Below are positions 11,532-23,202 of a stretch of 64,000 nt of DNA, in pieces. Position numbers and translations under genes: made by a program. The notes beneath the pieces were generated by a model that saw only the letters and a program-made list of their open reading frames with translations, searched no databases and was not told the origin of the DNA. Every line of letters begins with the position of its first letter. The stretch's first letter is position 1. The DNA comes from Macrostomum lignano (lineage: Eukaryota): assembly GCA_002269645.1 (NCBI GenBank), contig NIVC01001271.1:62001-126000 (forward strand), in the 5' to 3' direction.

Positions 11532-14186
11532 CTATTTATCGGCCTTTTTGGATACCGGCATGAATTCGTAACTGTCCGAATCGGACTCGGACCCCGACTG
11601 CTTGTGCTTTCGCTTCTTCTTAATCTTTTTAGCCTTCTTTAACTCTTTGCGCAGCTTCTTCTCTAATCGTCGAAGCTCCCGATCGCCGTCAGTGGAAGCT
11701 GACGAAGACTGGGCGGCGACTGGCTTCGAAGGCGGCGGTGGCTGCTGCTGCTGAGGCTTTGGGGGCTGTAGCGGAGGCGGCGGCGGCGGAGGCGGAGCAG
11801 GCGTCCTAAACGGCTCTGACGGAGGCTGATCCTCGAACAGGTGAGCAAACAGGCTACCAGCGGCCAGCATACGGCTGGTTGACTGCTCAGTAGCCGCCGC
11901 TGGTGCCGCCGCTGTATCTTTGCTAGCCTGAGCCTTAGCCAACTGTGGCCGCTCTTCGCTGCCGCCATCGTGTCGATCAGCAGCATCAGCATCGCCTTCC
12001 TTGTCCCCGCTATCTGGCCCGTCACCATCATTCTCGTCATCTGAGCCGAACACGGACCGAAACAGGTCCATAGACGGCCGGCTGGCTTCAACAACCGAAG
12101 CTGGCGCGGTTGCCGTGGCAACGGACAGAGCCAAGGAAGTCTGCGACTGCGTAGATGCAGGCGCATCGGAGGCTGGGACGGCGGCCGGGGCTGGCTGCTG
12201 TACGTTAGCAATCGGGTTGGGCGCGGGTGGCGCCGCTGCAGGCGCATTCGCATTGTCTTCAAACAGGCAGGCGAACAGCGACTGCGCCGACGCAATCGGA
12301 GCTTGGCCGACAGCAGCCGACATCTGCGAAGGTCGGCCGCTCGAGTCGCGCTTTGCCGGCGCTTCCTCCGGATAGGGATTCGGCACATTCAGCCGGCGGC
12401 AGACCATGGCGTGAGGCCGCCACTCGGACAGTCGGCGGGTCGGCGGCTTGTCGCCGCCAGCGTCGGCCGCAGCTTCGTCGGCCGCTTTGCCCGCTAGGCT
12501 GTCGTCGGCACCGTATTGCTGATCGGAGGCGCCGGCAGGCAAGAACCGGCTGCTCAGGCTGGTCGGCGCGGATCTATCGGCAGCGGCGGTGGTGTCGGCG
12601 GCTCGCGCGAACTGATCCCGTTCGAGGTTGCGCTCCCAGTCAGTCAGGCCCTCGGCGCCGTCGGCCGCTTTGGCGTAGGCCTCGGCGTGCTCGGCGCCAG
12701 CGGCTGTTCGCCAGCGCAGATAGCTGTGGTAGCGCGCCTGCTTGGCCGGATCGTCGCCAAACTGCTGATGCCAGCGGGCCGTGGTCAGCGGCGCGGACGT
12801 GGCGGCGGGGGCTGCGGGGGCGACAACGGCGGCAGTAGAAGAAGCTACTGAAGTCGAATTGCTTTTATCCAGCGGAGCACCGACGTCCCAGCGGCTGTTT
12901 CGCGGCGGGATAATTGTTTTTGACGACGTCGGAGGCGTTGGCGGCTTTGGCAAGTCGGCCTCAGCTTCGGCAGCTTCCTCCGCTTCGGCGCGCATCTGGC
13001 GCAGCGCAACGTCCAGAGCGTCAGGGGCCGGCGCGGGCCGATGCATTGGCACGAAGCCAGCCGGCAGCTCCGGTGGCGGGTAGGCCTTCCGGCGAACCGT
13101 GCCGCCGCGTCGCTGGACGAAGCCTTTCAAGGGCCGGTCTTCGTCGTCGTTGTCATCATCATCATCATCGACGTCGTTTAATGATGCTCGCTTTGCGTCC
13201 GGAGCCGTCCAGCCGAAATTCCGTCGGCGGCTGGCCAGCGCGGCCTCCTCGGCCTCGGTGCCGATGGAGAAGTCGTAGTTGGCCATGGAGTCGCTGCCGA
13301 ACACGTCGGCATCTTCAGATTCTAGCGCGCCGACGCCGAACGCCTGACCGCGCATGCCGCCGACTGACGTCGATGAGGCTGTCGTTGACGATAGGGCGCG
13401 GCCGGCGTCGAGGCCGGAGTAGCCGAGGCCGCGGGTGTCCCGGCCGGGCTTCAGACGCAGTTTTGACAGCAGATCCACCGCTGCTGCGTCGCCGGCGTCT
13501 CCAGCGCCGTCGCCGTCATCGCTGTCGGGATTTTCGTTGCCAGTTGTCGGCCGCGGTTGTCGCCGCCGACGCCAGCCGAGGTGCCGAAGCAGTCGGTCAC
13601 CCAGGCCAGTCTCACTCGGCAGCAGCAGCTCCGCCAGCGGGTCGGCGCCAGCGCCGCCGCGTCCTCCAACGGTGGCAGCAGCCGCCAGCCGGCGCATCTC
13701 GATGCCGTCGTACTCTGGGCGGGCGCGAACTTCCCGCGGTGCAATGCCAAAGTCACCGAGATCTTCGGCGTCCATGAAATCCTCCGGCCGACGCTCTCGC
13801 TGCCCTCGCTGGTCGCCCTGACGATCCCGACGAGACGAGCGGAACTCGCCAGGCTTAAAGCCCTCTACGGTGCCGACACTGTTGAAGTGCCCGGCCGAGA
13901 AGCCGCCAGTGAAGGCACCGTGGAATCGGACAGGCCGGCCGCGCTCGTCCAGCGCCCGCTGCTGATGGATCGGCAGTCCGCTCTGCGGCTGCTGGCGCCG
14001 GCGCTTTGCCTGCTTAGCCGCGGCCGTCGCCGGATCGTCGTCAGAGTCGTCGAGCAACTCCAACGGCGTGCCGAGAAATTCATCACTATCATCATCGTCC
14101 TCCTCATCATCATCTTTGTTGTCATCGCCCTGATAGGAGTCTCTGTGTCGGTCTTCGTAGTAGAGGCGGCCGCTACGCCGCGACAT
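11532..14186 (-). CDS. GPATCH1: G-patch domain-containing protein 1 (spliceosome-associated), intronless, 884 aa
   Basis: N-terminal DUF1604-type motif RFHGAFTGGFSAGHFNSVGTVEGF...RPEDFMDAEDLGDFGIAP, G-patch GLGDRLLRHLGWR, RPSMDLFRSVF motif, Lys-rich C-terminus. Confidence 0.95.
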   Translation of the reverse strand: MSRRSGRLYYEDRHRDSYQGDDNKDDDEEDDDDSDEFLGTPLELLDDSDDDPATAAAKQAKRRRQQPQSGLPIHQQRALDERGRPVRFHGAFTGGFSAGHFNSVGTVEGFKPGEFRSSRRDRQGDQRGQRERRPEDFMDAEDLGDFGIAPREVRARPEYDGIEMRRLAAAATVGGRGGAGADPLAELLLPSETGLGDRLLRHLGWRRRRQPRPTTGNENPDSDDGDGAGDAGDAAAVDLLSKLRLKPGRDTRGLGYSGLDAGRALSSTTASSTSVGGMRGQAFGVGALESEDADVFGSDSMANYDFSIGTEAEEAALASRRRNFGWTAPDAKRASLNDVDDDDDDNDDEDRPLKGFVQRRGGTVRRKAYPPPELPAGFVPMHRPAPAPDALDVALRQMRAEAEEAAEAEADLPKPPTPPTSSKTIIPPRNSRWDVGAPLDKSNSTSVASSTAAVVAPAAPAATSAPLTTARWHQQFGDDPAKQARYHSYLRWRTAAGAEHAEAYAKAADGAEGLTDWERNLERDQFARAADTTAAADRSAPTSLSSRFLPAGASDQQYGADDSLAGKAADEAAADAGGDKPPTRRLSEWRPHAMVCRRLNVPNPYPEEAPAKRDSSGRPSQMSAAVGQAPIASAQSLFACLFEDNANAPAAAPPAPNPIANVQQPAPAAVPASDAPASTQSQTSLALSVATATAPASVVEASRPSMDLFRSVFGSDDENDGDGPDSGDKEGDADAADRHDGGSEERPQLAKAQASKDTAAAPAAATEQSTSRMLAAGSLFAHLFEDQPPSEPFRTPAPPPPPPPPLQPPKPQQQQPPPPSKPVAAQSSSASTDGDRELRRLEKKLRKELKKAKKIKKKRKHKQSGSESDSDSYEFMPVSKKADK

Positions 14187-14910
14187 CCCAGTCAGGAATC
14201 GGAGATAACAGGAATCGGTTTGAAGTCTTTTATCTCGGGGTTTAATTCGACGATATGTATCGAAAGTTTATTTTACAAACCTAAAAAACTGATTAGGATG
14301 TGCTGTACATAAATTATCTTGAATAAAACTCTTACTACTATTAGTAGTGCAGATTTATTTTCTAAATAGTTTTTAGAATTTCCAACCTTGTTATGCTTTT
14401 TTTCCTAAGGATAAAAAACAAAGCCAAGCAAGAACAACAAACAATGGATGAGAAAAAATAAATAACTTTTTAATAATTTTTTTTCAATTGTTTTACAGTA
14501 TATTTGTGAACTTTTTTTGTTAAAAAAACAGAACTGAAAAGAAAACAAGCTCACCTCTTGTCTACTTAAAGTAGGAAAATAAAACAGGAGTAAAGAAAGC
14601 TTATATATGGCATTAATCTGCCTGTGTCGAATATTCAGAGACACAAAATATAACAAAAAGATGACTAATTAAGATGTTCCACTATAAGCTTTTATGACGA
14701 TTAGTTAAGAACGATTAGTAAAATAAATTAAAGTGTCGCATCAGAAACCAAAATCAGGACACCGTTCGTTTGTCAAAGCCTTTGAAACCGTACATAGGCG
14801 ACCTTTAAAGGAAACCAACAGCCTCAATAATATAACACAAAGTTAAGCGATTAGTACTCGTATCTGCACAGGTTTTGACAGCCGAAGTAGTTGCAGCAGC
14901 TAGCTTATGA

Positions 14911-15430
14911 CAGGATCACACAGACAGACATACCATAGACTGTGTGGATCACACAGACAGGCACACCATAGACTGTGTGGATCACACAGACAGACATACC
15001 ATAGACTGTGTGGATCACACAGACAGACATACCATAGACTGTGTGGATCACACAGACAGGCACACCATAGACTGTGTGGATCACACAGACAGGCACACCA
15101 TAGACTGTGTGGATCACACAGACAGGCACACCATAGACTGTGTGGATCACACAGACAGGCACACCATAGACTGTGTGGATCACACAGACAGGCACACCAT
15201 AGACTGTGTGGATCACACAGACAGGCACACCATAGACTGTGTGGATCACACAGACAGGCACACCATAGACTGTGTGGATCACACAGACAGGCACACCATA
15301 GACTGTGTGGATCACACAGACAGGTACACCATAGACTGTGTGGATCACACAGACAGGTACACCATAGACTGTGTGGATCACACAGACAGACATACCATAG
15401 ACTGTGTGGATCACACAGACAGGCATACTA
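14911..15430. repeat. 33-bp minisatellite (~16 copies) between TNIP-like and GPATCH1
   Basis: Unit CACACCATAGACTGTGTGGATCACACAGACAGG, containing the inverted repeat CTGTGTG-GAT-CACACAG. Confidence 0.95.
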
Positions 15431-16049
15431 TAGTAGATTTCAGTTAGAATAATTGTTTATTACTATACTGAAATGGGCAACTTTTAATACGTTTTCACTG
15501 CATTCGGCTGACAAAAACAGTTGTTATTATTAAGGCAACTGTACACAAAATATATGTAAAAACGCTAAGCGCTCAATAGAAAAAAAACAAATTAAAACGA
15601 AACAAAAGACTTTACTACAGAAAACAAAAAACACACCTTGGATAGATACTGAGTATGGATACATTCTGAATAGTGATTTGAAGTACAGAAATTAATTTTT
15701 CTTACTCTAGCTGGATAAATATTAAGCGATAAACGAAGGGGGGAGAAACCGGAAACTCTTCAACTTAGATCAGGAGCAATTGTAAACAGCAATAGCAAAT
15801 CGAAACTGCTACTAGTAGTATGATATAGGCATAGGCATATTAATACATATGTTAGTAACGATAATTGTTAGAAAACAACATCAGACAAAAAAGGTTAGAT
15901 CCGCAACTGGACAGAAAATCTGGATTAAAAAAATAACCGACAGCCTAATATAATCAGCTCGAATCAAAATGGAAATTTTTGCCACCATAACGCAAAATAT
16001 GGCATTTTAGTGCAGAATCTAACTTTAGTCGGCTCAATGTGATGGGTTG

Positions 16050-16055
16050 TTTATT
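16050..16055 (-). promoter_or_regulatory. Candidate polyadenylation signal of the TNIP-like gene
   Basis: AATAAA on -, ~200 nt past stop 16252. Confidence 0.5.
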
Positions 16056-16251
16056 GACTTGGCCTAAGGATTCTTTTGATACTTTGACGGGCGATTCTCA
16101 CAGGCGATTTTGGAGACAACATAAGGGGGGGGGCGATTCTCACAGGCGATTTCGGGAACAGCTAAAGCTGACCGAAATTGGACTCCGCAGAAAATGAAAA
16201 GTCAAGTCCAACCAGTCAATCAATAATCAGCGAATAAAACCCAGAGCAGGC

Positions 16252-17133
16252 TTAGAGCAGGTAGGGGTTCTGAGCCGGATACGGCTTCGCCCTGTCGCAC
16301 ACGCTGCAGTGATGCGCGGTGGCCGGATTCTCCAGGGTGCAGGCCTCGCATTTCCACGGGCCAGCCGGGCCGGTGGCAGCGGCGGCGGCTCCGGGTCTGA
16401 CAGGGTTGTGAGACTCCGGCAGCTGGTCGCAGATTGCGCTGGCGCTGTCGTTGTTGTTACTGTTGTTGCGACGGTTGTCGGCGCCAACAGTCGTTGCTAG
16501 CAGCTGTTGCTGCTGCTGCATCTGGCGCTGCTGCATGAAGGCCCGACGATCGGCGGGGCCCGGCGGACCGACTGGCGCAGGGGCAGCGGCAACGGCACCG
16601 GCGGCGGCGGCCGGAGCTTCGCCAAGCTGGTCTCGAAGTTCGGCCAGGCGAGCCTGTACCGCAATTTGGACATTTTTACAAATATAGATGGCAACAGTCG
16701 TAGTAAACAGCACAGGGCATATGGCGGCCCTGATTTTCTTATCATCCGGCATGTGCACTCTCTCTCTCTCTCTCTCTGTGCCCATGGGGATGGCCAGTGT
16801 GACAGATAGGAGAGTGTGACAGAGGAACATTGTGACAGGAATGTACAGGAACAGAAGTCAGAGACAGGGACATGAGCTCCTCAGACAAGCCCCAGGCCCC
16901 CAGCACCGGTAAAGTACTCACCTGAGCTGACTCCCTATCGGCTCTTTCCCTGGCAAAATCCTCTTGATACAGAGCAGCCTGAGCCTGCAGCACTTCGTTC
17001 TCCTGTCGCAGGCCTTCCAATTCGCGATTAGCTCTGGCCAGTTCGTCAGCCAGGCGCGTCCGCTCTCGTTCGAGTCGGCGCATGGCCTCTGTTGTGTCGG
17101 AAATGAGTGAATCAGTTGGGTCATTGGGCTGCG

Positions 17134-17165
<32 letters not shown>

Positions 17166-18715
17166 GCGACCCGCGGCGCGCTCCTAGCCTGGGCAAGCTG
17201 ATTTCGCAGCTCGGCGAGCTGGCGATCGCGATCTTCGTTCATCTTCTCGTGGCGAGCCTTCTGGCTGGACCAGAACTCGTGCCACTGCTTGTTCACGGAC
17301 TTGAGCTGGAGTTGAGCGGCACGGATGGCAATAATAGTCATAATTGTGAGCACAGGTGCGCAGGCGCGCACTCATGCACACGCTCACACAGGGTGTACAG
17401 CGGCCCTTTGACTTGCTAATCGTCCGGCATGTACACTCTCTGTGCCTTCAGGGTTGACCCTTATGGGTGTCATAGAGTGAGTAATACTCTAATAAGTAAT
17501 GCCATAAAGCAAATAAAATACCTCTTCATTTTCTTTTCTCAGGCGTTCCAGTTCACGATTCTGCTGCGGAGGCGTGTAAGGCATGTTTTGATACACCTGC
17601 TGCTGCTGCTGCTGCTTCTGTCTGGCCTGCGGATGCTGCAGCTTTAGTGGCTGCCACTTTTCCGGTGCGGCTTCAGTTCCGCCAACCTGAAAAGGGAAAA
17701 AACGAACAAACGGGGTCAGGAATTGGAGGGGCAATCAATGTACAGGGGAGGTAATTATTGTTAAATGGGGTGATGCATATTGAGGACGGGGTTACGGGTT
17801 GGAAGGGCACTGTACATTGAAGACGGGGTTATGCATTGGAGAGGAAATGTACATTGGGGGGCGGGTTCAGGGTTTGGAGGGGTAACGTACATTGGGGGAC
17901 GGGGTTATGCATTGGAGAGGAAATGTACATTGGGGGGCGGGTTCAGGGTTTGGAGGGGTAACGTACATTGGGGGACGGGGTCAGGGATTGGAGGGGCAAT
18001 GTACATTGGGGGACGGGGTTAGAGATTGGAGAGGAAATGTACATTGGGGAAGGGGTTAGGGTTTGGAGGGGTAACGTACATTGGGGGACGGGGTCAGGGA
18101 TTGGAGAGGAAATGTACATTGGGGGACGGGGTTAGAGATTGGAGAGGAAATGTACGTTGGGTTACGGGGTTAGGGATTGGACAGGAAATGTACATTGGGG
18201 ACGGGATTAGGGTTTGGGAGGGGTAACGTACATTGGGGGACGGGGTCAGGGATTGGAGGAAATGTACATTGGGGACGGGGTTTAAAGTAGCATTGTACAT
18301 CAGAGATCAAAGAGACATTCGCGCTAACCGTCTCCCCCTGGTGCAGCAGGGCGTCCGCCTCGGCCAGGTGGGCAATAATACGCCTTAGGTCGACAATTTT
18401 CTCCGGCGAACGGAACAGCATTTTTAACGAAGCGTCCAGCATCTCCTGCGGGGAGGCCGGCGACGGGGCTTCCATAGTCCAGTCGTGGACGTCCCGGCCG
18501 CCAGCTGGCATGCCGCCGTCCGCGGCGTCGTCGTCTTCATCGTCCGTGTCGGCATTGCCGTTGCGATTGGCGTCAATGAGCTGCTGCGGGCAGGGCGCGT
18601 CGAGCAGGCTGAACTGCTGCTGGCCGTCAGCCCAGGGGTCCGGCTGCATCAGGTCCGGCTCGAACGAATCGTCCCGATCTCTCAAATTAGAAGCGGCTGC
18701 TGCTGCTGTGGCCAT
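16252..18715 (-). CDS. TNIP1: ABIN/TNIP-like ubiquitin-binding adaptor (AHD coiled coil + UBAN) with a C-terminal RanBP2/NZF zinc finger. Exons 18715..18329, 17686..17522, 17305..16922, 16653..16252
   Basis: All three introns are GT-AG, phase 0. Spliced product has ENEELKSVNKQWHEFWSSQK (cf. TNIP1/3 LLEVNKQWDQ), UBAN VLQAQAALYQEDFARERADRESAQARLAEL, and WKCEACTLENPATAHHCSVCD. The first donor (ACG|GTTAG) and the start codon are less certain. Confidence 0.75.
17770..18282. repeat. ~40-bp G-rich minisatellite filling TNIP-like intron 1
   Basis: Unit approx. AATGTACATTGGGGGACGGGGTTAGGGTTTGGAGGGGTAAC, with variants. Confidence 0.9.
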
Positions 18716-19319
18716 TGTGATTTTGCTGGATGATTTATTGAAAACCGAAAATTTGCTTTGCATGAATTATTACGGAAATAACAATTCGGCTTTGGACATT
18801 GCGAATATTTCCTCTGATAATTTATTTTTCTAGTGCTTCATAATAAAAAATGAATTAAAACTCAAACTGTAAATAAGTAAAGCTCTATATAGAGTAATAG
18901 AATTACATGGCTGCAATGTTTTTATTATCAGCGTACAATTTAAAAGTAGTGAATCGGAAAGACAAAGTAAAGATCAAATAAGTGACTGGTCGGATTGGCC
19001 TCACATTCTCATAATAATCAGCACATGTAACTTATTAAAACTAGGAATTTTTACCCACAGGCCACAGCTCGCCTCAGTTGCCTAATTCAAATTAACAGTT
19101 AACCTTTTGGAGGCCGAATTTATAAATGAAACGCACCGAGTCGAATGACAATACACAGATCAAGGTTATCTACGGAAGTAGAATTATTAAAAAGCATGCG
19201 CAAATGGTCTACATCAAGATTTACGAGTATAGAAGACTCTTTCATGAACGCAGGTAAACTGTTTGAAATGATCGATAAAAAGTTACATCAAAGGCCAAAT
19301 ATTATCCATATGGACTTTA

Positions 19320-19512
19320 AGGTTTTTGGAGAGGATTATCGAAGGTTTTAGGGAGGATTATCGAAGGTTTAGGGAGGATTATCGAAGACTTTTGGGGAGG
19401 ATTATCTAAGGTTTTTGGGGAGGATTATCGAAGGTTTTGGGGAGGATTATCGAAGGTTTTTAGGCAGGATTATCGAAGGTTTTGGGGAGGATTATCGTCA
19501 TCGAAGACTTTT
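19320..19512. repeat. ~21-bp minisatellite between D2HGDH and TNIP-like
   Basis: Unit approx. GAGGATTATCGAAGGTTTTGG. Confidence 0.85.
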
Positions 19513-19637
19513 GGAAGCAACACGGACGAAGTTTCTAAAAATGATGGACTATTTCTGGGAAGATAATGAACAATATTTACATGTACAGTTAATTCTGTTT
19601 GGAACTGTCAGGATAACGGGGTGGCAACATCAGAGAG

Positions 19638-22491
19638 TCATTCATCGGGCAGCACCTTGTAGGGATTCATAATCCCGTTAGGATCCAGCAGCCGTTTCAC
19701 TTCGGCCATGACTCGAACAGCAAAATCGGCCTTACTATGCCGAATGTACTGACTCTTCTTGAGCCCCAGCCCGTGCTCAGCGCTAACCGAGCCACGCCGG
19801 TCCCTGACCCAATCGAACACGTGCGGCTCGATCAGCTCCAACACTTTGGCATCGAATTTTGGCGTAGTAAAATTCAAATGCAGATTGCCGTCGCCAAGGT
19901 GACCGTAGCCGGCTGTCCGAATAACCCGGCCGTCCAGGCGGGTCCGCATGTGCTCAACTAGGCGGTAGATGTCGGCCAGCGGCAAGCTCACGTCGTATTT
20001 GTACTCGTAGCCGTCCACTAGCAGGGATTCGACAATGCGCTCGCGCAGAGACCACAGGTGAGCAAATTGCCCAGCATCCTGGGCTACTGTGCCGTCGGTT
20101 GCGCAACCATCCATCGACATCACTGACTCGATGAAGCCGTCCAGCTTCTCTCGATCGTGCGTCTCGTTAGAGCCGGATGTCTCGGCTAGCACATAGAAAC
20201 TGTGCTCGCCCAGGGGGCAGGAGAGGCCGAGGTTCTTTTTGACAGCTCGCATGGACTCCGAATCGATGAACTCGAATGCGGACAGGATCTCGCCCAGGCT
20301 GCGTCTGGCCAGCCGGTAAGTGTCCAGCACGGCCTGCGGGATGGCCTGGTCTATGTTAGTTGAAGCCTAAGCCTATTATAGAGTTAAGCAGAGCTGGCCG
20401 CGGTTAGTACACAAGGCCCTCTACACTCTCAGCACTAAAAATTCAATTCTACCTACAAAAGATCCTAATCCTATTGTAAAGATCCCAATCCTACTATACA
20501 GATCCCAATCCTACTATACAGATCCCAATCCTACTATACAGATTCCAATCCTACTATACAGATCCCAATCCTACTATACAGATCCCAATCCTACTATACA
20601 GATCCCAATCCTACTATACAGATCCCAATCCTACTATACAGATCCCAATCCTACTATACAGATCCCAATCCTACTATACAGATCCCAATCCTACTTTACA
20701 GATCCCAGTCCTACTATACAGATCCCAATCCTACTATACAGATTCCAATCCTACTATACAGATCCCAATCCTACTATACAGATCCCAATCCTACTATACA
20801 GATCCCAATCCTACTATACAGATCCCAATCCTACTATACAGATCCCAATCCTACTATACAGATCCCAATCCTACTATACAGATCCCAATCCTACTTTACA
20901 GATCAAGTCTCAAGATCAAATTCAAGGACTCCAAATGCTAATTTTTAAACTGGAACAAACCTGAAAGGAATCCAGGCCGAGAAAGGCCAGCTGCACAGAC
21001 TTGGGCCTGGCCGGGCACAGTATAGCCGCTTTAGTAATGATACCAAGCGTTCCCTCGCTACCAATGAGCAGCTGTTTAATATCGTATCCGGTGTTGTCTT
21101 TCCGCAGAGTAGTCAGGCAGTCCAGCACCTGTCCGGTAGGCAGCACAGCCTCCAGACCCAAGGTGGTGCCGCGCAGGCTGCCGTACCGCAACAGGCGAAG
21201 GCCGCCAGCATTCGTGGCCAAGTTGCCGCCAATCTGACAGCTGCCCTTGGCGCCAAGGTCCAGCGGCATCATCAGGCCTTGGCTAGCCGCCTCCCTGTCC
21301 AACTGTTCGAGTACGCAGCCGGCCTCGGCAACAAGCACGCCGGACACTGGGTCGATGCTAAGCAGGCTGTTCATGCGGCTAGTTGAGATCACGATCTCGT
21401 CGAATAGAGGCACCGAGCCGCCAACCAGGCCGGTGTTGCCGCCCTGCGGTACTACGGCTAAACGGCGCTTATTGCAGTGACGGACTATGGCGCTCACCTG
21501 GGATTTCGGTAGGTTAAGAGTTTGTGACATTGTGACATTGGTATTGTTTGTTATTAGAGGTATTACTGCCCATTCCGCCGAATCCCCTAAGCAGGAACAC
21601 AAGCGCAAAGATATGTACGTAGTCATACGCAAAGGCACACACTCACACCAGAGAGTGTTCAGAAATCTAATGACAACTTTCCTTTTAAATGATTGTAAAC
21701 TTTTCTTGTCATTTCTAATATTTCCCAATGAAAACTGTACCTAGACCAGGAGCGTCCCAGAGTCGCTTGCGTCGCCCCAGCGTCTCTACTGGTAACACAG
21801 GTAAAATAGGAAAGAAAGTCACTCTAGACGACTCTAAAATGACGAGATGTCACGGAACAAGTTTTCAAAAAGAGTTGCCTACACAGTGTTCATTTGGAGG
21901 CGTTTTACTGGATCTGTGACTCTGGGGCGCTTCTATAGTGACTTTTAGTCTAAGGCGCATCTGCGTCACTTCATAAAATTAGAATCGCATTTCGAATTTA
22001 TAACAACTACTACTGGAGTCTACTTGAGTTAGTAGAAAGCTATGCGCTACTCTTGGGTGCAACTTTTTTTGCGACTCTCGCTTTTACAGTCGCATTACAA
22101 TCATTCGAATCGTTAAAAAAGTCACAAGAGTCGCCCCAGACCCGCCTAGAGTAAAGGTTTCAACGGTTTTTATATTTAATCTCGTTTAAAATGGCACTCG
22201 AACCTCTTCCGTAGTTTTTGGCCGCAGCACCAGCTGACCCTGGCCACGGCATATCCGCAGCCAGTCAATATTGTAGGACAGCACCTCGTCCGCATCTTTG
22301 ATCACGTGATCGCCGCCAACAATAGCCTCGAATGCGGATACGTCAGCGTCAGTTAATTGACTGAACGCGCCGCGCTTTATCCCGGGATGAATTTCGGTGG
22401 TCAGCGGGGGCAGCCCGCCTGAAGCTGAAGAGGCTGGTCGGGCAAGAAGGGCGAAAGCGCCAGCAGATGCGGGTCGCCGCCTGAGCAGCAG
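19638..22491 (-). CDS. D2HGDH: D-2-hydroxyglutarate dehydrogenase, mitochondrial (FAD-linked). Exons 22491..22204, 21497..20961, 20333..19638; initiator Met is not present locally
   Basis: [20 protein letters not shown]|[54 protein letters not shown]|[40 protein letters not shown]. Both introns are phase-0 GT-AG. The 5' boundary is inferred from acceptor CTCTGCTTCCTCAG| at 22492. Confidence 0.92.
20460..20904. repeat. 20-bp minisatellite (~22 copies) in D2HGDH intron 2
   Basis: Unit GATCCCAATCCTACTATACA. Confidence 0.95.
21725..22150 (+). mobile_element. Dispersed non-autonomous repeat (MITE-like) in D2HGDH intron 1; related copy at 53020..53295 (-)
   Basis: AATGAAAACTGTACCTAGACCAGGAGCGTCCCAGAGTCGCTT aligns with the reverse complement of ~53250-53290 (GATGAAAATGGTACCTAGGCCAAGAAGCATCCCAGAGTCGCTT). 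Internal inverted GAGTCGC/GCGACTC motifs. Ends not defined. Confidence 0.6.
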
Positions 22492-22614
22492 CTGAGGAAG
22501 CAGAGATGCGGCTCGGCTGGCCAGGAAGAGGCGGCGTCAGAATGAGATTGAATATTTTTCTGAGATTTCTAAATGATTCCTAAAGCCATACTGATATGAC
22601 TCCTGAAGCTAATT

Positions 22615-22975
22615 GATGGCTTAGCAACCAATAACCTGCCCTAGCAACTGATGCTTAACCCTAGCAGCCAATATCCTACCTTAGCAATCATTGCTTAACC
22701 CTAGCAACCAATGACCTGCCTTAGCAACCATTGCTTAACCCTAGCTACATACATCCTGCTTTAGCAACCAATGCTTAACCCTAGCAACCAATGACCTGCC
22801 TTAGCAACCATTGCTTAACCCTAGCTACATACATCCTGCTTTAGCAACCAATGCTTAACCCTAGCAACCAATAACCTGCCTTAGCAACCGATGCTTAACC
22901 CTAGCTACATATATCCTGCTTTAGCAACCAATGCTTAACCCTAGCAACCAATATTCTGCCTTAGCAACCAATGCC
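22615..22975. repeat. 40-bp minisatellite (~9 copies) between FAU and D2HGDH
   Basis: Unit approx. TTAGCAACCAATGCTTAACCCTAGCAACCAATGACCTGCC, with alternating variants. Confidence 0.9.
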
Positions 22976-23196
22976 CTCTCACTCACAACTAATAATGCCC
23001 TTCCTTAAATACCAATTCCTTCTCTAAAGCTAGCAACACTAATTATGAAGTTATCAAAAAACTAACCTACACAATTAAAAAGAGTCATTAAAGTTATTAA
23101 GTTTCCTATCTTTAACAAGCTTTTACATGACAACAAAGAACAGAAAAGAACCAACAAGTCATTCATACGCCAGGAACCGCGTGCGGCATGATCTTG

Positions 23197-23202
23197 TTTA
23201 TT
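23197..23202 (-). promoter_or_regulatory. Candidate polyadenylation signal of FAU, followed by a U-rich element
   Basis: AATAAA on -, ~120 nt past the stop; downstream GACTTGTTGGTTCTTTTCTGTTCTTTGTTGTC. Confidence 0.6.

Noticed and set aside
11663-14312. Many overlapping alternative-frame and antisense ORFs over GPATCH1 (also over TNIP, D2HGDH, SH3 and PNP exons)
   Set aside because: Shadow ORFs of GC-rich coding sequence with no recognisable motifs.
14905-15452. Repetitive Cys/His ORFs (CGSHRQAHHRL etc.) as a zinc-finger or metal-binding protein
   Set aside because: A 33-bp array open in three frames on both strands; no splice or start context.
22615-22975. Telomeric or interstitial telomere array
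   Set aside because: TAACCC occurs only once per 40-bp unit; this is an ordinary minisatellite.
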